Positions 1-7,370 of a stretch of DNA of 64,000 bases are shown one piece after another. A program made the translations under genes and the position numbers. Origin of the DNA: Trypanosoma brucei (lineage: Eukaryota); contig CM000207.1 in the NCBI GenBank assembly GCA_000002445.1, forward strand, positions 864,001 through 928,000. The letters run 5' to 3'. The notes below the pieces were generated by a model. The model was not told the DNA's origin. It did not search any database and saw nothing but the letters and a program-made list of their open reading frames with translations. The number at the start of each line of letters is the position of its first letter. The first letter of the stretch is position 1.

Positions 1-2
1 GA

Positions 3-1331
3 ACAACCGCGCGCTTCGTGACACGTGTGGCGTCGTGGAAAAAATGCTCTGATGGAAAGTGTCGAGTGCACATCGTCTCGTCACAGTTCAACAAGGAGTT
101 TACGTTTGAATGCGCGGCTGAAGAGGACAGTGATTCCACTATCAAGATTGTGCAATTAGAGGGTGCACCATCGCCGTTTCTCTTCTACGGTATTTTGTAC
201 TCGGTTGCCGGCGCTCTATTATTTGGTGGTGATATTTTTCGTGATGTTACCCTAGAGTTGTTGGCGGATAACGATTTCTACAGCCAAAGGAATTATTTGG
301 AGTCCCAAGGCAAGCCGGTGACCGCAGCCAACCTGCGGCTCATCCCCCGTTATACGCCCCTCTTGGGGGAGGTTTCCAAAACTGGTCTAGGATCTTCAGC
401 GGCAATGACCACTAGTGTCGTAGCGTGCCTGCTCCAACTTTATGTTTTTGATTCGAAGAAAAACAATGCCACTGAGTCCGTGGAGAGGGCACCGGAGCTA
501 CCTCTACGTTTGGAGGATGTAACAGAGTTTATTCATCGTATTAGTCAGGTTGCCCACTGCGTAGCACAGGGAAAAGTGGGGAGCGGGTTTGATGTCTACA
601 CGGCCACGTTCGGGACGTGTGTGTACCGACGGTTCTCCGCACGCGTGCTGGAAAAGCTCGTAAAGGGTAATGAACCTCCGAAGCGCGTCACTATTCCTCT
701 TTTACGTGAGTGTGTCGAGACGGATGAAGTGTGGGTTCAGAGGATACCCTTCCGGCTTCCTACCGGGTTGCAGCTTCTTTTAGGGGATGTACACAAGGGA
801 GGAACAGAAACACCTGGCATGGTGTCGAAGGTCATGTCATGGAGGCGGTCGGTGACCACGGACCCCAACAGCTTGTGGGAGCGACTTCGCATGAGTAATG
901 AAAAATATGTAGAGGCGCTCCAGGGGCTAATCAAACAGTCTCAGGAGGCCCCGGTTGCATACACCGAGGCAGTGAAAAATTTGAAGAGCGTCGTATTGGC
1001 TAAACACAACCCCTCCACGGAGGCTGAGAGGCTATGGGTGGAGGCGGCGTCAGTTGCCTCAACAAGTCGCCGTTACCTTAGGGAGATGGGAGAGGCGGCT
1101 CAGGTGCAAATAGAACCTCCCGAACTCACCTCACTCCTTGATGCCACGTGCTCTATTCCCGGTGTGTTTGCCGTGGGTTGCCCTGGCGCTGGCGGATATG
1201 ACGCCGTGTTTGCCTTAGTTCTCGGCGAGGAGGTTTGCTCTGCGGTGGAGCGCTTCTGGGAGTGCTACAATGACCTTCAGGTATGTCCTTTGCTAGTGCG
1301 AGGGGATGCAAATGGGCTTGTTCTTGATTAA
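3..1331 (+). CDS. GHMP-family kinase, probably phosphomevalonate kinase (ERG8-type); 5'-partial (frame open to window edge, no in-frame ATG near the listed GTG start)
   Basis: Glycine/serine-rich GHMP ATP-binding motif ...PLLGEVSKTGLGSSAAMTTSVVACLL... (PxGSGLGSSAA-type). Length and layout fit eukaryotic PMK. The listed ORF start at 18 is GTG and the frame is open back to nt 3, so the N-terminus lies upstream of the window. Confidence 0.6.
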   Translation, partial: TTARFVTRVASWKKCSDGKCRVHIVSSQFNKEFTFECAAEEDSDSTIKIVQLEGAPSPFLFYGILYSVAGALLFGGDIFRDVTLELLADNDFYSQRNYLESQGKPVTAANLRLIPRYTPLLGEVSKTGLGSSAAMTTSVVACLLQLYVFDSKKNNATESVERAPELPLRLEDVTEFIHRISQVAHCVAQGKVGSGFDVYTATFGTCVYRRFSARVLEKLVKGNEPPKRVTIPLLRECVETDEVWVQRIPFRLPTGLQLLLGDVHKGGTETPGMVSKVMSWRRSVTTDPNSLWERLRMSNEKYVEALQGLIKQSQEAPVAYTEAVKNLKSVVLAKHNPSTEAERLWVEAASVASTSRRYLREMGEAAQVQIEPPELTSLLDATCSIPGVFAVGCPGAGGYDAVFALVLGEEVCSAVERFWECYNDLQVCPLLVRGDANGLVLD

Positions 1332-1394
1332 ACACGCTGGGCGTCGGTGACACGAGATATAATTCCGGTGGGTGGCGCCATTATGTGTGTGTGC

Positions 1395-1735
1395 GTGCGG
1401 TCGCTCTTTTATTTTCTTTCACCACTATTGTTATGGTTACCGTCATGATTTCTATTATTATTTTTTTAAAAAATCCGTTTGTTATTTTTATTTACACCTC
1501 TTTTACTGGTATGCTCATTTTACCATATTGCATTCGTGCCACGAAAAGCCAGCATTATGAGTTTTTTGCTTGGTTCTTTTATATTTGTGCACGCGATTAC
1601 GGACGTTTCAGCTCAGTGGAGCTTATTCCGTTTCAATCCCCTTTCTTTTCTCTTCCGTGTGTTTTCTTTATTTCTTTTGGTCTTCACTCTTTGGTACTGT
1701 GGCTTTTGTATTGTAGTTGCGGTGGTCTTGACTGA
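1395..1735 (+). promoter_or_regulatory. pyrimidine-rich tract with several AG dinucleotides upstream of PCNA; candidate SL trans-splice acceptor / polyadenylation-coupling region
   Basis: About 340 nt strongly C/T-biased on the coding strand between the stop of the upstream gene (1331) and the PCNA ATG (1854). Typical kinetoplastid intergenic organisation. Confidence 0.45.
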
Positions 1736-1853
1736 ATAGAATTAACCTGACAGGACAGGCGTCCAAGTGGTGATTAACAACTGCAGAAAGGGAGTAAGTA
1801 AGAGAAGACCGAAAACAAAAGCAAGTGAGACATTCGCTTTCACCCGGTTCAGT

Positions 1854-2732
1854 ATGCTTGAGGCTCAGGTTCTGCACGCTAACTTGTGGAAGCGTCTCAT
1901 TGAATGCATTAACGGTCTTGTTAATGAGGCGAACTTCGATTGTAATCCCGGTGGCCTCTCCATTCAAGCTATGGATACGAGCCACGTTGCCCTCGTGCAC
2001 ATGCTGCTTCGCGATGATTGCTTCACGAAGTACCAGTGTGAGCGCAACAGTGTCCTCGGGCTTAACCTCGCTTCCCTTTCCAAGGTGTTGAAGATTGTGG
2101 AAGCAACTGATAGCCTAACGCTCCGCCACGAAGATGATTCCGACGTTGTCACACTAACATCGGAGAATGGAGAGAGGTCTCGCAAGTGTGAGTATCAACT
2201 CAAATTGCTGGAGATTGAGACTGAGGCTATGGGTATTCCTGAGATGGATTACAAATCCATTGTGACCCTAAGTTCCCAGGAATTTGCCAAAATCGTCCGC
2301 GACATGACCGTTTTTGGTGATACTGTCAACATTGAGATTCTCAAGGAGAGCGTTAAGTTCAGTTCGTGTGGCGATGTGGGCGAAGGTTACGCGTTGCTGC
2401 GGGCGAGCCATGCCCCAACAGTTGACCCCCGATCAAAAGGTGAGTCGGATGTCAAAACAGAAGATGAAGAGGCTGACGCTTGCAGTGTCCGCACTCATTC
2501 AGCAAAAGGGAAGGATGGGCCACTGGGTATTGGTGTTGATGTCCGCACTAATGAGCCTATCACGCTGTCATTCGCCCTGCGATTCATGAACATATTCGCA
2601 AAAGGGGCAACACTTAGTGACCGCGTGTCGCTCAAGTTCGCCAAGGAGAGTCCTTGTATGGTGGAGTACAGCATTGATCAAGTTGGGTATCTCCGTTACT
2701 ATCTTGCTCCAAAGGTGGACGACGCCGAGTAA
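1854..2732 (+). CDS. PCNA: proliferating cell nuclear antigen (PCNA), 292 aa
   Basis: Translation MLEAQVLHANLWKRLIECINGLVNEANFDCNPGGLSIQAMDTSHVALVHMLLRDDCF...LAPKVDD is a canonical PCNA N-terminus and fold length. The listed ORF start (1767) is GTG; the first in-frame ATG at 1854 gives the conserved MLEAQ start. Confidence 0.9.
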   Translation: MLEAQVLHANLWKRLIECINGLVNEANFDCNPGGLSIQAMDTSHVALVHMLLRDDCFTKYQCERNSVLGLNLASLSKVLKIVEATDSLTLRHEDDSDVVTLTSENGERSRKCEYQLKLLEIETEAMGIPEMDYKSIVTLSSQEFAKIVRDMTVFGDTVNIEILKESVKFSSCGDVGEGYALLRASHAPTVDPRSKGESDVKTEDEEADACSVRTHSAKGKDGPLGIGVDVRTNEPITLSFALRFMNIFAKGATLSDRVSLKFAKESPCMVEYSIDQVGYLRYYLAPKVDDAE

Positions 2733-3535
2733 GTAATGCCTGTTCTCGCGACGCAGAATTTTTGCATTTGTTATCAAGCAGTCATTGAATGGATGAAAGG
2801 AGAAGCGATAGAGGTAAGCATAATGCTTTCTGGGCGTGCATATACATACGTGTGTATGCTTCATAAACGAAAGCTAAAAACAAGACAAGGAAGAAGAAGT
2901 GTGCGTAGAGCGAGCGCCGGCCGCGTCTAAAAGCTTCATCCACAGACTAAGCAAATCATAGATGACCAAGCGGTGATTTCTTTTTTTTCTTTTACCATCA
3001 TTTCCCCCCCCCTGGTGACGCCGGTTCTGAGTCACACTTGTGCGGCGCGTGAAGTGAAATTGCTATAGGGTTCAACTAGCTCTGTCATTTTACTCTTCTG
3101 CGTTTATTGTGGGGATATCCATTTGCCCTTTAGTGATTCGGTGCCATTCATTTGGTGAAGTTGGGGCATGTGAAAATGAGAATCAGATTGAAAGGTACAA
3201 AAGAGGGGTATGTGTGTACGAGCGGAAGTATGTTTAGCCCATTTTCACATATTATTTCCTCTCTTTTTCGTTTGTTTCAGCTGCGTATTTGCCTCATTTT
3301 AATTATTTTTATTATTATTATGGGGAAGCCATACTCTCCAGTCACTTTCGCGGCTACGTATGCAAATGTTTTTCGGTGTCCTGATGTTTCTCTTTCACTT
3401 GTTTTAATTACTCATTCATCTGATGATGCTTCTCTCTGCAGTGGGCACGTGCCTCAGCTACTATAACTCTCTGTTTCGTGTTGAACTTCAGGTTTCCGCA
3501 ACGCCATTCTGCTTCACTTCTTGTCCCTCAAATGT

Positions 3536-3539
<4 letters not shown>

Positions 3540-3567
<28 letters not shown>
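3540..3567. repeat. (TA)n microsatellite, about 14 units
   Basis: Perfect tatatata... run. It lies inside the non-ATG 5' extension of the GlnRS ORF, which argues that the true start is downstream. Confidence 0.95.
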
Positions 3568-3594
3568 GACTTCTGTCGTCGCCTGCGTCTCGGT

Positions 3595-5415
3595 ATGCGC
3601 CTTGGACCAGCTGCAAAAATCCTGATTCATAGGCTATCCCCACCAACGTTCCGCCGCCTTTCTTTGGCCTTTCGTGGACTCATGACAACAACGGTTGATT
3701 CCGCCCCCACTGCTGCCGAGCCCATGTTGGAGGTGAAAAAGGACCTCCGTTTATTGGAGACGGGCCGACCAGTGCAGGGATACTCCAACACGCCAGAGCT
3801 GCTGGCGAAACACCGATCCGTAACGGGTGGTGCTCCGTACTTCCGGTTCCCTCCAGAGCCCAACGGATTTCTTCACATTGGACACGCTAAGAGCATGAAC
3901 CTGAACTTTGGCTGCGCCGTTTCTCATAAAGGAAAGTGCTATTTGCGTTACGACGACACGAACCCGGAGACGGAGGAGCAGCTTTACATTGATTCCATCC
4001 ACGAAATGGTAAAGTGGATGGGATGGGAGCCAGATTGGATTACATACTCTTCAGACTACTTCCAGCAACTTTATGAATTCGCCATTCAGCTCATTAAGGA
4101 TGGAAAGGCGTACGTGGATCACAGCACCGCTGATGAAATGAAGAGGCAGCGTGAAAATCGGGAAGAGAGCCCGTGGCGTAACCGACCGGTGGAAGAGAGT
4201 TTACGACTGTTTGAGCACATGCGTCAGGGGCGCTATGCGGAGGGCGAAGCGACACTCCGCGTAAAGATTGATATGAAGAGCGACAACCCAAATATGAGGG
4301 ACTTTGTTGCCTACCGTGTAAAGTATAATGAGCACCCACACGCCAAGGACAAGTGGTGCATATATCCCAGCTACGATTACACGCATTGTTTAATTGACAG
4401 TTTGGAGAACATTGACTACAGCCTGTGCACCCTCGAGTTTGAGACCCGACGTGAGAGTTACTTTTGGTTGCTCGAGCAGCTGAACCTTTGGCGGCCTCAC
4501 GTTTGGGAGTTCAGCCGCCTCAACGTCACCGGCTCGTTGCTTTCCAAACGCAAGATTAACGTATTGGTGAAGAAAGGTATTGTACGTGGTTTTGATGACC
4601 CAAGGTTGCTGACCCTTGCAGGGTTGCGTCGGAGGGGTTACACGCCAAGAGCTATCAACCGTTTCTGTGATCTTGTTGGTATAACTCGTTCAATGAATGT
4701 GATACAAATTACCATGCTCGAGCATACCCTTCGTGAAGATCTCGACGACTCAACGGAGCGGCGCCTGATGATTATAGACCCCATCAAGGTCGTGATTGAC
4801 AACTGGGACGGTGAGATGGAGGCGGAGTGCCCCAACCATCCACGCAAACCCGAGCTCGGATCGCGTAAGGTAATGTTTAAGAAAACCTTCTACATTGACC
4901 GTAGCGACTTCCGTGTGGAGGATAACGACAGCAAATTCTATGGGCTGGCGCCTGGACGTCGTGCTGTCGGCTTAAAGTACTCTGGCAACATCATGTGCAC
5001 CCACTTTGATTTCGATGAAGCTGGTCAGCCATCGCTTATTCATGTGGAAGTCGACTTCGAGCGTACGACGAAACCGAAGACGAACATCAGTTGGGTTAGT
5101 GAGGCAGGAGCGGTTCCGGTGGAGTTCCGTCTTTACGACTACCTTCTGAGGGATGACCGTGCAGCTGTCGACTCTGACTTCCTAAAGTACATTAACGAAG
5201 ATAGCGAGAAAGTTGTCCACGGTTACGCCGAGGCAGCGATAAGAGAAGCGAAGGTATTTGAATCTGTGCAAGCGGAGCGCTTCGGGTACTTTGTGGTGGA
5301 TCCCGAAACCCGACCAGATCGCCTTGTAATGAATAGAGTGCTGACACTTAAAGAGGACAAGGAGAAAACGGCCATTAGCCGCGGGAACACGGGGGTGAAG
5401 GGAAAGAAACAGTAA
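3595..5415 (+). CDS. glutaminyl-tRNA synthetase (class I), bacterial-like length; alternative in-frame ATG at 3682
   Basis: HIGH motif region FRFPPEPNGFLHIGHAKSMNLNF, ...KWCIYPSYDYTHCLIDSLENI..., VLVKKGIVRGFDDPRLLTLAGLRRRGYT. It aligns by eye along its whole length with E. coli GlnRS and lacks the long eukaryote-specific N-terminal domain. ATG 3595 adds an R-rich amphipathic peptide MRLGPAAKILIHRLSPPTFRRLSLAFRGL ahead of MTTTVDS (3682). Confidence 0.9.
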   Translation: MRLGPAAKILIHRLSPPTFRRLSLAFRGLMTTTVDSAPTAAEPMLEVKKDLRLLETGRPVQGYSNTPELLAKHRSVTGGAPYFRFPPEPNGFLHIGHAKSMNLNFGCAVSHKGKCYLRYDDTNPETEEQLYIDSIHEMVKWMGWEPDWITYSSDYFQQLYEFAIQLIKDGKAYVDHSTADEMKRQRENREESPWRNRPVEESLRLFEHMRQGRYAEGEATLRVKIDMKSDNPNMRDFVAYRVKYNEHPHAKDKWCIYPSYDYTHCLIDSLENIDYSLCTLEFETRRESYFWLLEQLNLWRPHVWEFSRLNVTGSLLSKRKINVLVKKGIVRGFDDPRLLTLAGLRRRGYTPRAINRFCDLVGITRSMNVIQITMLEHTLREDLDDSTERRLMIIDPIKVVIDNWDGEMEAECPNHPRKPELGSRKVMFKKTFYIDRSDFRVEDNDSKFYGLAPGRRAVGLKYSGNIMCTHFDFDEAGQPSLIHVEVDFERTTKPKTNISWVSEAGAVPVEFRLYDYLLRDDRAAVDSDFLKYINEDSEKVVHGYAEAAIREAKVFESVQAERFGYFVVDPETRPDRLVMNRVLTLKEDKEKTAISRGNTGVKGKKQ

Positions 5416-5579
5416 GGAAGGGTAATCTGCGCAGAAGTGTCTTGTGTTCCATGCGCTTATTTATTACGAAAAACGCGAAGGGAGAAGCTTTAGCACGTCT
5501 CAAACTTTCTTTGGGGGGGTTAATGATAGTGCGGTTGCGTGACCGCTGTTTGTTATGTCACACTTGCCCCACCACCATT

Positions 5580-5619
5580 CTCTTTTACCGTTTTTCTTCT
5601 TGTTCTTTCTGCTCTATTT
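5580..5619 (+). promoter_or_regulatory. polypyrimidine tract followed by G10 homopolymer, upstream of the small ORF at 5709
   Basis: ctcttttaccgtttttcttcttgttctttctgctctatttg then gggggggggg (5620..5629). Confidence 0.4.
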
Positions 5620-5708
5620 GGGGGGGGGGTTCGAGTAAATTTTCAACAACAGAGGCATTGAACTCACGCGCGCTCTGCGTGTACATTGATAGCACTTTAA
5701 GTTTGGTT

Positions 5709-6038
5709 ATGGGCGGCACCGGAGAGGGTAGCGGCCGCGCCGCCTCCCCGCGTGGGGAGTGTCGGAAGGATTATGTACAGTTGCTTCGGACGGCTCTTGG
5801 GGGCAATAAACCCGTAAGCGGATCCACAATAGCGCGACTTGTTAATCAGTACAACCCACAATATGATGTACCTTGTGGCCGGCAGGATATTGAAAACAGT
5901 CGCTACTTAAATGAGGAACTTTGCGAGTTGCTTCTGGACGACCGCCGTGCCAGCGCAAAGTATCATTTGCAAACTGACAAGAGTCTAAAAACGTTCTTGC
6001 AGCTCGTGAGCGAAAACAAGCACATTATGCGAACTTAG
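5709..6038 (+). CDS. small hypothetical protein (109 aa), non-repetitive composition
   Basis: First ATG after the polyY tract. The translation MGGTGEGSGRAASPRGECRKDYVQLLRTALGGNKPVSGSTIARLVNQYNPQYDVPCGRQDIENSRYLNEELCELLLDDRRASAKYHLQTDKSLKTFLQLVSENKHIMRT has normal amino-acid complexity, unlike the surrounding low-complexity ORFs. The listed longer ORF (5442, TTG start) crosses the polyY/G10 tract. Confidence 0.35.
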   Translation: MGGTGEGSGRAASPRGECRKDYVQLLRTALGGNKPVSGSTIARLVNQYNPQYDVPCGRQDIENSRYLNEELCELLLDDRRASAKYHLQTDKSLKTFLQLVSENKHIMRT

Positions 6039-7162
6039 CTTCTTGCGAGTGTGCGCATTTGCTCGTGCTTCCTCGCCCCTCTCTTTTTTCCTCTTTTGAT
6101 TTTCCCTTCCTCAAGTTTTTCCCGTTTTCTGTTGCCTGTCCGTATGGAGATGTACGGAGTGTAGCGCTCATTTGTTGGCACTACCTTATTTTCCCTTTCT
6201 TCTTTCCCCTTACTTGCTTGTTTTCTCTTGGGGGTTCTCCTTTTTCGATATGTCCTCGTGTTGCATGTTTTTTTTTCTTCTGCGATATGAGATTTCCATG
6301 TTCGAGTCTGTTGGTTTCGCCGGCTTTTCCAATATTTTTATTGTGATTTTTTTTCCCCTCGCAAAACTTTTCTCCCCAGTTTTCTTTCTTTTTCTCTTTT
6401 TCTTTCCTCGAATGTATTTTAATGCTAAGGTCGTGTGTTTACCCTGCGCGCCCTTCTTCCTTTCCTTTTCACTTACCCCTATTTGATGATTGTGGATTTT
6501 TCTTTCCAATGATTCAGATCTAAAATGAGCGTTTGCAACTCTCCTTTTCTCTGTGCTTTTTGTGAGCTGTGTCAGTTCCTTTCTTTTTTTGTTTCCTTTG
6601 GGGGGGGGAGGACGGTGAGATGTGTGTGAATGATGCGAAAGAAAAAAGGGGTATAGGCTAAACTAAACCAAGTACTGGAAATGGAAAGGAAAAAACAAAA
6701 AAAAAGGAGGGAGGGCTTGGGAGCAATGAAGACAAGAAGAGTCGGGAGAAAAACGGAGTAGATGGTTAAGAGATATGAACTGGGGAGCGCACAAGTAAAG
6801 AAAAAAAAACGTCTGTGGCGACTGGAGGCAGGAAAAGGTCATTAAGAGTTAGGAAGGAGAAAGAGAGATCGAAATGAGGACAGCAGCAAGAGGGGAAGAA
6901 TTGTTAAGAAACTCGACTACATTTGGCAGAGTAAACGAATCACGTGTAGATGGAAAACGTCGTTGGTGTGCATATGAACTGTTACACCATTCGCTACGGG
7001 AAAATTTAGCGAAGGGTCTTTTGTCCCGTACCCCCACTCTCTTGCATATTTCCACACTGTAACTAAATGTACCCATTTTATTGAATTTCCGTAGGTGTGG
7101 ACATCCATGTTATTTTACTTTTTCCGCTGTTCAATACGTGTTGGATTCCCGCAATGCATGTT

Positions 7163-7265
7163 GCCCGTCTTCCCGCTTCACTATTATCACTCTCTTGACG
7201 TCTATTTCCCACATTCTCTCTTATACAATGTTGTCTTTACCTTTTCTTTTTTGCTTATTCCCCAG
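7163..7265 (+). promoter_or_regulatory. polypyrimidine tract ending in AG (7264-7265); candidate SL acceptor site for the MutS-homolog gene
   Basis: ...cttcccgcttcactattatcactctcttgacgtctatttcccacattctctcttatacaatgttgtctttaccttttcttttttgcttattccccag, about 105 nt upstream of ATG 7371. Confidence 0.5.
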
Positions 7266-7370
7266 GTGCCTACACCGTATCAAGTGGGGGAGGTCGTTTC
7301 GGAAGACCGTGAAGAAGGGAGGTGGGGGTAACAAGAAATTCTCAAGAACCGAAGACAGCAAGCCGGCAAA

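Noticed and set aside
6059-6486. Several 95-130 aa ORFs in intergenic tracts (also 26507..26899, 28291..28650, 34992..35420, 44354..45098)
   Set aside because: Translations are dominated by F/L/S/P/C from polypyrimidine DNA (or K/E/G/R from polypurine DNA). No domain-like composition. Typical spurious ORFs in kinetoplastid spacers.
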